This document shows, in pieces, positions 8,959 through 19,080 of a stretch of 64,000 nucleotides of DNA (position 1 is its first letter; each line of letters opens with the position of its first letter). The stretch spans positions 1 to 64,000 of the IMG/VR virus record IMGVR_UViG_2757320666_000001; one strand, 5' to 3'. A model generated the notes under the pieces. That model saw only the letters and a program-made list of their open reading frames with translations. It was not told the origin of the DNA and did no database searches. The DNA comes from a virus (Duplodnaviria; Caudoviricetes). The position numbers and the translations under genes were made by a program.

Positions 8959-8991
8959 TTTGATTAATATAAATAAATAATATTAAATTTG
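8959..8991 (+). promoter_or_regulatory. Complete Bacteroidota promoter: -33 TTTG (8959-8962) and -7 TAAATTTG (8984-8991)
   Basis: Both boxes present with a 21-nt spacer, upstream of the ATG at 8999. Confidence 0.7.
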
Positions 8992-8998
8992 TACCGTT

Positions 8999-10144
8999 AT
9001 GAGTAAAGAGACACAAAACAACGAAGAAATTGCAAACAATCAGTTTGCTGAATGGGAAACAGGAGAAACAGCTTTTTTTGAAAATACAACAGTTGTACCT
9101 GAAACAGTAGTAGAAGCAGCATTGAAAGATGATGTTGTAGTAACTACAGAAACAAAAGAAGTACCCGAAAAACAAGAAACACCAGCAGCTAAAGAAGATT
9201 ATGTATTTGACTTTGGAGCAGAAACTACTACAGAAGAGGAAGTAGAAGCTACAACAACTGATGAAAAATCTGTTAAAGTAAAAAGTAAAGATACATTAGA
9301 GTTCTTAAAAGAAAAAGGTCTTGTTGATTATGAACTTGAAGAAGGAACTGAATTAACTGATGATTTAGCTGATGAAATTTTAGAAGACAATTGGGATGCT
9401 TCTATTATTGCTGGTGTTGAAGAAACTATCAAAGACCTTCCAGATGCACTTAAAGAATTAATTAAGTATTCAGCTAAAGGTGGAGATTTTACAGAGTTAC
9501 TTTCTAAAATGACAACTCAAACAGTATCAGGTATCAACAAAGATACAGATATGGAAGTTGAAGCAAATCAAGTTTTAGCAGTATCTTTAGATTTAAAAGA
9601 CCAAGGTTATGACCAAGAATATATAGATACTCAAATTGAGTTCTTAAAAGATAGTGGTAAATTAGCTGGAATATCTAAAAAAGCATTTGAAAAGAAAATT
9701 GCTAAACAAGAGAATGATATTCAAGAAACTGTAAAACAAGCTGAAAAAAGAAAAGAAGCTGAAAAAGAGGCACAAAAAACCTATAAAAAAGATATTACTG
9801 TGCAAATTAATTCTCTTAATGATATTAAAGGATTAGTTCTAAATAAGCAAGATAAAGAAGTGTTACCTTCATATATATCAGATGCAAATATAAAATTGCA
9901 AGATGGTAGAACAGTAACTAAATTTCAACAAGAATTGTTCAGTATATTTGGAGACAAAGAACAAACAATTTTATTAGCTAAACTTGTTAAAGATAAATTT
10001 GACTTTTCAAGTATTACAAATAAAGAAATTACCAAATTCTCAAAAGGAATTAAAGAAGAAATACAAAACAACCAAGTTATCATAAAAGGGTCAAAAGGAA
10101 GTTCACAACAACCAAAGAAGTCTTTAGCAGAATTGCTTGACTAA
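8999..10144 (+). CDS. Acidic putative capsid scaffolding protein
   Basis: Very Glu/Asp/Thr-rich N-terminus, coiled-coil C-terminal half, located between portal and MCP. Confidence 0.65.
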   Translation: MSKETQNNEEIANNQFAEWETGETAFFENTTVVPETVVEAALKDDVVVTTETKEVPEKQETPAAKEDYVFDFGAETTTEEEVEATTTDEKSVKVKSKDTLEFLKEKGLVDYELEEGTELTDDLADEILEDNWDASIIAGVEETIKDLPDALKELIKYSAKGGDFTELLSKMTTQTVSGINKDTDMEVEANQVLAVSLDLKDQGYDQEYIDTQIEFLKDSGKLAGISKKAFEKKIAKQENDIQETVKQAEKRKEAEKEAQKTYKKDITVQINSLNDIKGLVLNKQDKEVLPSYISDANIKLQDGRTVTKFQQELFSIFGDKEQTILLAKLVKDKFDFSSITNKEITKFSKGIKEEIQNNQVIIKGSKGSSQQPKKSLAELLD

Positions 10145-10173
10145 TCATTAATTAAATTAATTTATAAACAATT

Positions 10174-11631
10174 ATGGCTACATTAGGAAATAAACTTATT
10201 ACCAAAGAAATGGAGTGGATGTCAGGAATGACAGAACAAAACCATTTAGGTAGAGCATTGTTAGCAAAACCTGCAAGGTTAGCTGGAACAATGGACAAAT
10301 TATTCTCTTCCGAAAATTACTATGCTGATAATCCTATTAGTTCTACCTTAATGGGTAGTCCAAGAACAGAGGAAACTATCACAAGTACCTCTTGGGAATG
10401 GGAAATGAAAGGTGCTAATACAAGACCACTTGTAGTAGTAGAGAATGTTCAACCTGCTTCAAATTTGACACCAGGTAAATTCAAGAAAACTTTCAGAATT
10501 AAATTGGATGAAAATTGGTATTCACCAGGGGATGTTTTAAGTCCAGGTACTTCTGATAAGAGATTCCAAGTTCGTGTACAAAATCAAGTTCAGAAACATG
10601 GTGATGGATATGTTTATGTAGTAAGAATAAACTCTGATGACCCTCAAGCATTTATTCCTGCTAAATATTTATCTCCAGGTTCTCAATGGGGTAAATTGTT
10701 CTCTCAATATGAAGAAGCTGCTGAACAATCTGGTTCTACTACTTTCAGTACACCAATTGCTTTCATCAACAAGATGTCTAAATACAGAAAAGAATACAGA
10801 ATTACTGACTATGCTTCTCAAGAAGTTTTGTCTGTAGCAATTCCAGATTCTAAAGGTGGTTATCACAATTCTTGGATGAAATATGCAGAAGTTGAGTATT
10901 GGTTACAATGGTACAGAGAAATTGAAAGAGGTTACTGGTATTCAAGAAGTGCTGAAACAGTTCTTGGTGCAAATGGAAGACCTGTAAGAATGGGTGCTGG
11001 TATTCAAGAACAACTTGAAGATTCACATGTTCACAGATATTCTCACTTGACTGCTAAATTGATTGAAGAGTATCTTCAAGATATTTTCTATTCAAGAGTT
11101 AAACCTGGACAAGGAAGACAAATCAAAGGATATACTGGGGAATATGGTATGATTCAGTTCCACAGAGCAATTCAAGATTGGCAAAATAAATCTGGTTTCA
11201 TTAAAAATGTTGAGGTTTATACTGACAAAGTAAAATCTGATGTTCATACAAATGCTTTACAAGCTGGTTATCAATTTGTTAAGTACAACATGGCAAATGG
11301 AGCTTCATTAGAGTTAGTTCATAATCCTCTTTATGATGATAGAGAAATTAACTTTGAAATTGACCCTGTAACTGGTTTCCCTATGGAATCTCAAAGAATT
11401 ACATTCCTTGATTTCTCTGGAGAAAACAAAGCATCAAACATTAAAATTATGAAGAAAAAAGATTCTTCTACATTTACTTATGTTTGTGGTACACAAGGTC
11501 CATGGGGTCCTGTTAATGGTGGAATGTCAGCTCATGCTGGTGATTACTATGAAATGCATGTTGGTATTTCAGGAGGTATTCATATCCAAGATGTTACTAA
11601 ATGTGGTGAACTTATATTGAGTAGAAACTAA
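10174..11631 (+). CDS. Major capsid protein, crAss-like
   Basis: 485 aa; WEWEM, RIKLDENW, GIQEQL, C-terminal CGELIL motifs; higher GC and biased codon use consistent with high expression. Confidence 0.9.
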   Translation: MATLGNKLITKEMEWMSGMTEQNHLGRALLAKPARLAGTMDKLFSSENYYADNPISSTLMGSPRTEETITSTSWEWEMKGANTRPLVVVENVQPASNLTPGKFKKTFRIKLDENWYSPGDVLSPGTSDKRFQVRVQNQVQKHGDGYVYVVRINSDDPQAFIPAKYLSPGSQWGKLFSQYEEAAEQSGSTTFSTPIAFINKMSKYRKEYRITDYASQEVLSVAIPDSKGGYHNSWMKYAEVEYWLQWYREIERGYWYSRSAETVLGANGRPVRMGAGIQEQLEDSHVHRYSHLTAKLIEEYLQDIFYSRVKPGQGRQIKGYTGEYGMIQFHRAIQDWQNKSGFIKNVEVYTDKVKSDVHTNALQAGYQFVKYNMANGASLELVHNPLYDDREINFEIDPVTGFPMESQRITFLDFSGENKASNIKIMKKKDSSTFTYVCGTQGPWGPVNGGMSAHAGDYYEMHVGISGGIHIQDVTKCGELILSRN

Positions 11632-11666
11632 TTAACATTTAGTTAAGTCATATAAAAAGAATTTTC

Positions 11667-11674
11667 TATCTTTG
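11667..11674 (+). promoter_or_regulatory. Bacteroidota -7 box TATCTTTG in front of the endonuclease gene
   Basis: TAnnTTTG 29 nt upstream of the ATG at 11704. Confidence 0.6.
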
Positions 11675-11703
11675 CTGAAATTATTTAATAAAAGTAAGCA
11701 AAG

Positions 11704-12486
11704 ATGGAGAAAACTTTAAAACAAAAAGAAGCATTATTGAAAGTTAATCATTTAAAAAAATTGACCACACAACAGTTCATTGACAAAGCTAAATTATTAC
11801 ATGGAGAAAAATTTGATTATTCTCAAACTATATATAAAAATGCAACAACTAAATTAATTATTATTTGTAAATTACATGGAGAGCAAACTATGTTACCTCA
11901 TCATCATACAAATAGTAAATCTTATGGTTGTGCTATATGTGGAAAACAAGCTATAAATAAAAATAAGATTCTAACTCAAGAAGAATTTATAAATAGAGTA
12001 AAAGATTTAAAAGGTTTAAGTTTTGATAAAACTATTTATAAAACTAAAAGAGAGAAAATAATTGTAACTTGTAATATACATGGAGATTATTCTACAACAG
12101 CAGAAGTTTTATTAAAATTATGTGGTTGTCCAAAATGTAAATCTTCAACAGGAGAATTAGAAATTGCTTCTATTTTAAATAAACAAAATATACAATATTT
12201 AGAACAATTGGGTTTTAATGATTGTACAGCATCAAACAATAGAAGATTACTATTTGATTTCTATTTACCTTTTTACAATGTTTGTATAGAATTTGATGGA
12301 GAACAACATTTTAAATCTATAAAGTATTGGGGAGGAGATAAAGGGTTTGAAAGAAGACAATTATATGATAGAATTAAAAATGATTATTGTAAATTAAATA
12401 ATATTCCATTATTAAGAATAAAATTCGATAATATAAATATTGAAGAAACAATAAAAGAATTTTTACAAAAAAATAAATATAAATAG
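11704..12486 (+). mobile_element. Freestanding putative homing endonuclease (two DUF723-like Zn repeats plus a C-terminal PD-(D/E)xK/Vsr-like nuclease)
   Basis: FDYSQTIY...IICKLHG...GCAIC and SFDKTIY...VTCNIHG...GCPKC repeats; FDFYLP..NVCIEFDGEQH nuclease motif; sits between core head genes. Confidence 0.8.
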
Positions 12487-12488
12487 TT

Positions 12489-12496
12489 TATATTTG
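12489..12496 (+). promoter_or_regulatory. Bacteroidota -7 box TATATTTG
   Basis: Immediately after the endonuclease stop, 25 nt upstream of the ATG at 12522. Confidence 0.6.
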
Positions 12497-12521
12497 CACA
12501 AATAATTCAAAAATAGAAATT

Positions 12522-13358
12522 ATGGCACAAAAACAAATAGCTAAAACATTTAGCTTACCAAAAGGAAAAACATTGGTTGAAGTTAGACCAATTGAAATTA
12601 AAAAATGGCATGGTAAATCAGGACAAGAAAGTTTTACAAGACCTAAAAGCTCACAAGCATTAGTAAATGGGGAATCAATGACCTATGATACAGGCTTGAC
12701 AAAAGAAGAAATTGAAGCATTAGAAAAAGTAGTTAAGTATGATTTAACTAATCATTTTAACACAGAAGAACCACATCCTTTTTGGGATTCTCCAATGAGT
12801 AAAGTAAAATTGGAAAATAATACAATGTTCTTTGATATATCACAACCTTTAAATTATATTAAGGTAAAAGTGATGAAAGCAAGTAAGTATGTAGCAAACT
12901 CAATGACAGATTATGAAAATGGTTTGTTCCCAGAAGCTACACATGTTATATTTGATGAAGCTGAACAAGCAGAAGTTTTAGCTACTAAAGTACAACAAGA
13001 AGAAGATGCTATTATTGCAGCTTCAAGTATGAGTAAAGATAGAAAAATAGAATTAGTATTAGCTCTATCTGGTAAAAATTTGAAAGGTCAAAGTGATAAT
13101 TTTGTTAAAGTTGAATTAAACAAAGTAATCAAAAAAGATACAGCAGAATTTTTAAGACTTAATACAATGGATAAAGAAGAATTATCTAATTATTCATTAG
13201 TATTGGAAGCTCTTCAAAAAAGTGTTTTAAGAAAAGATGGTCATAAAATTCTATACCATGATTCTATTTTAGGTATGGAAGAATTAGAAGTAGCAAAATA
13301 TTTGATGCTTGATGACAATCAAGAGTTGAAATTAAGAATAATGGCTCAAGTAAACTAA
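12522..13358 (+). CDS. Conserved crAss-like head-module protein (gene 75-like position)
   Basis: Gene order after MCP; no catalytic motif. Confidence 0.6.
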   Translation: MAQKQIAKTFSLPKGKTLVEVRPIEIKKWHGKSGQESFTRPKSSQALVNGESMTYDTGLTKEEIEALEKVVKYDLTNHFNTEEPHPFWDSPMSKVKLENNTMFFDISQPLNYIKVKVMKASKYVANSMTDYENGLFPEATHVIFDEAEQAEVLATKVQQEEDAIIAASSMSKDRKIELVLALSGKNLKGQSDNFVKVELNKVIKKDTAEFLRLNTMDKEELSNYSLVLEALQKSVLRKDGHKILYHDSILGMEELEVAKYLMLDDNQELKLRIMAQVN

Positions 13359-13364
13359 TATATT

Positions 13365-14072
13365 ATGTCAATCAAAAATATGCACTATGACTTCAAAATG
13401 AAGTTTAATAAGATTGATAGTCAAAACAATAGGAATTTATTAGTTCCTGAAATTGATTGGCTACTTAATCAAGCTGCAAATTTGTTTGTAAGTATAATAG
13501 CAGAACCAAGATTAAAAAAGCAATTAGGATTTGAAACAAATCAAAGAACAATTGATGATATAAGAGCAATAGTAGTCAGTAATGACAATAACTGGCTACC
13601 TGTTGCTTCTAATTCAGTTGCATTACCTATAGATTACTGGTATTTCGTTAAAGGAAATGTTAGAATGACAAAAGGTACATGTAATAGAATTAAAGCCAGA
13701 GTTCACATTAAACAACATGATGATATGTTTGAAGAAAGTTCTTTTAACAATTCATCTTTTGAATGGAGAGAAGTTAATGCATTATTTTATGATGGGGGTT
13801 TAAAATTCTTTACAGATGGAACTTTTACAATAAATGATTTTTGTATCAACTATATTCGCAAAATGACTTATATGCACAATGCCGAAGCATTTCGGATTGG
13901 AGGTTATAAGTTACCAAATGGTCAGATATTAACAGGTTTTAGTAATTGTGAACTTCCTGAAACCACCCATTCTGAAATTGTGGATATTGCAGTATTATTA
14001 GCTGCTGGTCAAATACAAACATCAGACTATCCATTAAAAATGGAAAAATTAAACATTAATCAAATAATTTAA
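13365..14072 (+). CDS. Putative head-tail ring/connector protein (gene 74-like)
   Basis: N-terminal MHYDFK..FNKIDSQ..RNLLVPEIDWLLNQA and C-terminal CELPE.TH.EIVDIAV pattern typical of crAss ring proteins. Confidence 0.65.
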   Translation: MSIKNMHYDFKMKFNKIDSQNNRNLLVPEIDWLLNQAANLFVSIIAEPRLKKQLGFETNQRTIDDIRAIVVSNDNNWLPVASNSVALPIDYWYFVKGNVRMTKGTCNRIKARVHIKQHDDMFEESSFNNSSFEWREVNALFYDGGLKFFTDGTFTINDFCINYIRKMTYMHNAEAFRIGGYKLPNGQILTGFSNCELPETTHSEIVDIAVLLAAGQIQTSDYPLKMEKLNINQII

Positions 14073-14083
14073 AACTTATAATT

Positions 14084-15319
14084 ATGAGTAATAGAAACAA
14101 TGATGTATTCCAAGTTCTTGTAACTAAAGGAAATCAAGCTGTTTTACCTGTTGGACAAGCAGTAGAAACTTTAGCTGTTGGTCAAATTGGTGTCTTTGAT
14201 GCCAATACAAACCTTTCTGTTGCTACCCTACCAAGAGAGGCCTACTTTGCAGCAAGAGAGTTCTACTTTGCAGTAGGAGTAAACAGAAGTGGTGGTAGAA
14301 CATTGGAAGATATTAAGACATCAGCAGGACAACTTATACAAAAGAAAGGTATTGTAAACTACTCTTTTGTATCTCACACAGCAGCACAACCTATGATTGT
14401 GAAAGTTGGTGATTACAAAGCTGAATGTGAAACTGATTATGCTGTTAAAATTGAATTTAGAAATTCAAGAATTTACAGAACTCAAGGTTTCAATCAATTT
14501 AGCAAAACTTATGCAGTAAAAACATCATGTTGTGATTGCGAATCAGGTTGTGGCTCAGGAGATGCTAATGAATTAACTAATCTTTTAGTTAATGAAATTA
14601 ATATGGAAAGAGATGGATTAGTATTAGCTAAACCTATTGCGAGACAAGTAGTTACTGCTGCTACACATGGTACTTCTGTAAACTATGCTATTGGTGCTGT
14701 AATGACTATAGCAGATGTAACTGCTTTGATTGCTTATAATGCTGTTCCAGCTAACAATGCAACAAAAGTATTTACAGATATTAGTTTAACTGCTGTACCT
14801 TTGAAATTGAAACAATTCTGTGATATTAATTTAGGTTTCCACAAATTTGTAGAAACTGTATTAGTAGTGTCATTAGTAGATGGTTTTGCTTGTACTGGAA
14901 AAGTAACAATTACACAAGAAATTGTGTTTGAAGAAGGAACTGGAAACAATATTCGTCAAAAAGAATATCATGCTTCTGGTTGGAATGGAGCAGGTCCTTA
15001 TCCTGTTTCTGCTGTAACTGGTATGAGTTTAGGTAATATTAATTATGATGCAGATGTTAATGGTAAATATGACCAATTTATTTTGGAATATAATCAAAAA
15101 TCTGAATCAGGTTGGTTAGAGTATGAAAATACTTTAAGTACAATATTTGCTGTTCCAGAAGCTGATGTAACAACAAGAGCTGGTTTAGCTACTGTTTTAG
15201 ATGCGTTAGTAGATGGTGGTAATTTTGAAGCTCTTGCTGATGATGCTGCTCTTGCTGGCACTAATCCATTAGTTGTTGAGCCTGTAGTTACAGACATAAC
15301 TAAAGATGGATTAGCATAA
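14084..15319 (+). CDS. Virion structural protein, possibly auxiliary capsid protein (gene 73-like)
   Basis: Ala/Val/Thr-rich beta protein followed by a strong terminator; contains CCDCESGC. Confidence 0.6.
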   Translation: MSNRNNDVFQVLVTKGNQAVLPVGQAVETLAVGQIGVFDANTNLSVATLPREAYFAAREFYFAVGVNRSGGRTLEDIKTSAGQLIQKKGIVNYSFVSHTAAQPMIVKVGDYKAECETDYAVKIEFRNSRIYRTQGFNQFSKTYAVKTSCCDCESGCGSGDANELTNLLVNEINMERDGLVLAKPIARQVVTAATHGTSVNYAIGAVMTIADVTALIAYNAVPANNATKVFTDISLTAVPLKLKQFCDINLGFHKFVETVLVVSLVDGFACTGKVTITQEIVFEEGTGNNIRQKEYHASGWNGAGPYPVSAVTGMSLGNINYDADVNGKYDQFILEYNQKSESGWLEYENTLSTIFAVPEADVTTRAGLATVLDALVDGGNFEALADDAALAGTNPLVVEPVVTDITKDGLA

Positions 15320-15335
15320 TAGAAAAATAAATCTG

Positions 15336-15367
15336 AAAAAGGGTTATGTAATGTAACCCTTTTTTTA
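15336..15367 (+). terminator. Rho-independent terminator closing the head module
   Basis: aaaaagggttat / gtaacccttttt stem with a G-U pair, followed by a T tract. Confidence 0.8.
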
Positions 15368-15404
15368 TTAACTTTATACATTATTAATTTTTATCCTATA
15401 TAAC

Positions 15405-16151
15405 ATGTCAATTATTAATAATACATTTGGTTTTGAAATTAGTAGAACATTAAAAAAAATAAAAGTAAAAAAAATTGGTACTAACATTATTGATATTCAA
15501 TTATTTGTTAAAAATGGTTGTTCAAATAACTTTTATAAACCAGTAACTAATAAACTATCTGTTGTAGATTTTATAGAGATTAACCTTCCTTTTAAAGATG
15601 GAAAATATAAAATTAGAATAACATCTACTGCATTAGATACTTCTTTTGAATATGTTGAATATGGATTTGATGTATTTAACAGATTATTAGATAATATTAT
15701 TGAAGAAGTACAAAATAGAATATGTAATTGTGCATGTGAAACTTGTGATGATTGTAAGGAAGAAGATAAAGTTGAAAGTGGTTTACTAAAAGTAATATCT
15801 TTTTATATTTTAAACAATAGTTATTACTCTTTCTTTTTTAACACAGGTTTAAAATGTATTGATTGTAAATTATTAGAGGATATAAATTGTTTAATATTAA
15901 ATGATTTTGTTACTGGTAAATCAGATAATAAAAAATTAATGAACAAAATACTTTCTTATTTTTATTTAATTTTTTATCTTGGTGAAAAAGCTATATTTAC
16001 TTGTTGTACTGAAGAAATTGAAATTAAATTTAACTCTGAAGTAGTGCTAAAATGCATAGAAAATGCTGGAATAGATATAAATTGTGTAGTAAATGCAATA
16101 GAAACTAATCCTAATTATTATATAAGTGATTCAAACTTTAAACTATTATAA
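15405..16151 (+). CDS. Cys-rich putative virion protein (possible tail hub component)
   Basis: CNCACETCDDC, CIDC and TCC motifs; precedes the fibre genes. Confidence 0.55.
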   Translation: MSIINNTFGFEISRTLKKIKVKKIGTNIIDIQLFVKNGCSNNFYKPVTNKLSVVDFIEINLPFKDGKYKIRITSTALDTSFEYVEYGFDVFNRLLDNIIEEVQNRICNCACETCDDCKEEDKVESGLLKVISFYILNNSYYSFFFNTGLKCIDCKLLEDINCLILNDFVTGKSDNKKLMNKILSYFYLIFYLGEKAIFTCCTEEIEIKFNSEVVLKCIENAGIDINCVVNAIETNPNYYISDSNFKLL

Positions 16152-16154
16152 ATA

Positions 16155-18146
16155 ATGTGTAAACAACAAAATTGTGGGTGTAATGACCCATGTAAACCTG
16201 TAATATGTGTTTCTTATGTAGAAGATTCTTGTGCTGATAGAAAATTAGCTACAAGTAATACTACACATCCCACAGGTTATGATAATGTAACTTTAATAAC
16301 ACCAGAGGTAAATCAAATATCTGCATACAAAGAACATTTAGAATTTGTAAATTCACCTGAACTTTTAAGTAATATTCCTAAACATTCTGTATTAAGATTT
16401 TCACAAAAATTTCTTGATATTATTTCTAATTTATTTAAAGGTAGAAATGTAGGTACTGGTGCTAAGGTATATAAAGGAAGTACAGTATTAGGACTAGATA
16501 CATTTCAAGATTTTAAAACTCTTAAAAATTCTAGTTCAGTAGATGTAAATAATGATACTAATGAAATAATTTTTTCTGTAAATGAGAATTGGTTAGAAGC
16601 GCAAATGCCTATTATACCACCACCTATTGTACCAGATTATCCAGTTATAGATGGTATATCTGTTGGTACAGGTGTACCAATATATGATGGAATAACTAAT
16701 AAAAAAATTAAAATATCATCATTAAAATCAAATACTTTAAACATTTCTAAACTCCTTGATGGTACAGTAAAAATAGATAGTATAAATACAGAGTTTGATT
16801 ATCTTAAAGCATATTACATAAATAGTAATTATGTTTCAACTTTATTATCACCTGCTGATGGTTCTGTTAGTAGACCTTTTCCAACATGGGATGAAGCTAG
16901 AACAAAAATGATTGGTACAGGTACTATTTTAAATCCTGAAAATCAAAATGTAACATTTATATTACAAACTAATGCTTCAACAGCTTTAAATCCTACTATA
17001 AATACATTAAGTATTAAGTTTATGAATACCTCATTAACTTATACAGGAAATGATGTCTATATGATAGATTCAGAAGTATTATATCCATTAATACCTAAAG
17101 ATACTAACAATGAAATTACTGAATCAATTACACTCAATATTTTTGGAGTTGGTTCTTTACATAGAACTACAGTTGGTGGTTATATAAGAAGTGTTGGAGC
17201 TAAAAGAGGTTCAAGTATAACAACAAATAACCCTAATAATATTATCTTTAGAATAGGTGAAAATGAAAATGATACTTTATATTTAGAAGAGTTTGTGAAT
17301 TATCCAAACTCAATATGGGAAGGAGATGTTTTAAAACGAGATGGAGTAACTTTACTTGGTAATGATTATAATCCACCAATAGTTTTAAAATGGACAACTC
17401 AAGTAAATCCTACAAACCCATTAGTATATGTTAAAAACAATAGTTTTGGTAGTTTTACTTATCCTGTGCTAGGGAAAGGTAGTTTATATATACAAACTTT
17501 TGTAAACACTGGATTACATGTTGAAAATACAAATATAAATTTCAATAAACTGACTATACTTCCTTATTCTTATAGGATTTCTGTTGTGCAAGGTAACACT
17601 TTTGTACCTAGTTTTCCTGGAGTATATGAACCAAAAAATGCTCCAGCTATCTATTCAAAAGATGTTCAATGGTTTTTAAACTCTTTATATAATATAAATA
17701 TTGGTACTTTTACATTTAATGGTTTTGATAAATTTTTTAAAATAGAAGGTTTTTTCACTTTTCATGGTTCAACTAATTATGATACAAATCATTATATAAA
17801 AACATTTGCTGATTTAAGTACAACCACACAAAATAGTTTTCAAATAAATGGTTTAGATAAAAATTCAAATCTTAATTCAAATATTAATTATTTAATAAAT
17901 AGTAATATAGTTGGAGATTTTAACCTATTTATACCTAATTCTAGTATAAGAACTATAAGAAACATTAGTCAAAATCCAACTACTAATATTATTCCAATTA
18001 CAAAAGGTACTTTATCCTCTATAAATGATAAACCCTATTTGTCAGGAATAAATGATTATGCAGATGATGCAGCAGCAATGTCAACAGGACTACTACAAAA
18101 TGCATTATACTTTAATACAACAAACAATGTTTTAGATAAAGTTTAA
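16155..18146 (+). CDS. Putative tailspike/receptor-binding protein
   Basis: Cys-rich N-terminus; two xVGTGxxVYxG repeats; ADGSVSRPFPTWDEA motif typical of the start of beta-helix domains; Asn-rich body; C-terminal YADDAAA..GL...LY motif. Confidence 0.65.
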   Translation: MCKQQNCGCNDPCKPVICVSYVEDSCADRKLATSNTTHPTGYDNVTLITPEVNQISAYKEHLEFVNSPELLSNIPKHSVLRFSQKFLDIISNLFKGRNVGTGAKVYKGSTVLGLDTFQDFKTLKNSSSVDVNNDTNEIIFSVNENWLEAQMPIIPPPIVPDYPVIDGISVGTGVPIYDGITNKKIKISSLKSNTLNISKLLDGTVKIDSINTEFDYLKAYYINSNYVSTLLSPADGSVSRPFPTWDEARTKMIGTGTILNPENQNVTFILQTNASTALNPTINTLSIKFMNTSLTYTGNDVYMIDSEVLYPLIPKDTNNEITESITLNIFGVGSLHRTTVGGYIRSVGAKRGSSITTNNPNNIIFRIGENENDTLYLEEFVNYPNSIWEGDVLKRDGVTLLGNDYNPPIVLKWTTQVNPTNPLVYVKNNSFGSFTYPVLGKGSLYIQTFVNTGLHVENTNINFNKLTILPYSYRISVVQGNTFVPSFPGVYEPKNAPAIYSKDVQWFLNSLYNINIGTFTFNGFDKFFKIEGFFTFHGSTNYDTNHYIKTFADLSTTTQNSFQINGLDKNSNLNSNINYLINSNIVGDFNLFIPNSSIRTIRNISQNPTTNIIPITKGTLSSINDKPYLSGINDYADDAAAMSTGLLQNALYFNTTNNVLDKV

Positions 18147-18178
18147 TTTTATATATCACAAAATAAATAAAATAATCA

Positions 18179-18186
18179 TATATTTG
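18179..18186 (+). promoter_or_regulatory. Bacteroidota -7 box TATATTTG
   Basis: TAnnTTTG 19 nt upstream of the ATG at 18206. Confidence 0.6.
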
Positions 18187-18205
18187 CATAATAATAGTTT
18201 ATGAG

Positions 18206-19078
18206 ATGGGTAATAAAAGTATAGTGGAACAAATTAAAGATTTAACAAATAAAGTAAAATGTTTGTGTAAATTACAATCAAACAGTCTAACTATAGATAA
18301 TTTAATTCCTTATGAATTAAAATCTGAAAAAGGACAACCTGATGGTTATGCTCCTTTAAATAATAGTTCACAAATAGATTCTCAATATTTACCAAGTTAT
18401 GTAGATGATGTTTTAGAGTTTGCTGATTTAGCTTCTTTTCCAGTATCAGGAGAATCAGGTAAGATTTATATAGCATTAGATTCTAATTTACAATATAGAT
18501 GGGGTGGTAGTATTTATGTACCTTTTAGTGGAGGAACTATATCATATTCATATTTATATTTTAGTAAAACAAATATAAATATTCATTCTTTACCTTCAGA
18601 TTCTAATTGGTATTATTGGAGAGGTAATTATGTAAGACCAGAATTTACTAATTTTGAAAATATACCTTTGGGAAATGGAGTTTCTCCAAATAATTTTTCA
18701 AATAATGTTCGTTCTGATTTTCCAATACCTAAAGGTTATTTTGTAGATAAAATTTTAATATATGGTCCGTACACAGATAGATGTAATATTGACTTTTGTT
18801 TTATGAAACAAGATATTTTAAAAAATAGTTTGGATTCACGTGTTGTAAATCCAAGAATAATAAGTTTATTTAATTATGACTTAAATGTAAATAATGTAAA
18901 TATGGATGATGGAATAGTGCCATTTCGTACTACTGCATATTTTGCACCAATTTCAGATAGTAATGACACAGATATAAATGGAATTTTATCCACATTATCT
19001 TTATATACAAGAAAAACAAATAGTGTAGGTGGTGTAAGTATCAGTTTACAAATAATATTAAAGAAAAAGATAGATTAA
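18206..19078 (+). CDS. Putative tail fibre/spike protein
   Basis: EKGQPDGYAPL....IDSQYLPSYVDDVLEF...FP..GESGKIYIA....YRWGGS.Y motif common in phage fibre shafts, followed by a variable beta-rich domain. Confidence 0.7.
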   Translation: MGNKSIVEQIKDLTNKVKCLCKLQSNSLTIDNLIPYELKSEKGQPDGYAPLNNSSQIDSQYLPSYVDDVLEFADLASFPVSGESGKIYIALDSNLQYRWGGSIYVPFSGGTISYSYLYFSKTNINIHSLPSDSNWYYWRGNYVRPEFTNFENIPLGNGVSPNNFSNNVRSDFPIPKGYFVDKILIYGPYTDRCNIDFCFMKQDILKNSLDSRVVNPRIISLFNYDLNVNNVNMDDGIVPFRTTAYFAPISDSNDTDINGILSTLSLYTRKTNSVGGVSISLQIILKKKID

Positions 19079-19080
19079 TT

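Noticed and set aside
11632-12521. Group I intron splitting the capsid gene
   Set aside because: MCP reaches a natural C-terminus, the downstream gene has its own promoter and start, and no intron core was recognised
16155-19078. Diversity-generating retroelement target/template pair
   Set aside because: No reverse transcriptase in the window and no about 100-bp near-duplicate differing at adenines was noticed; cannot be excluded for the rest of the genome
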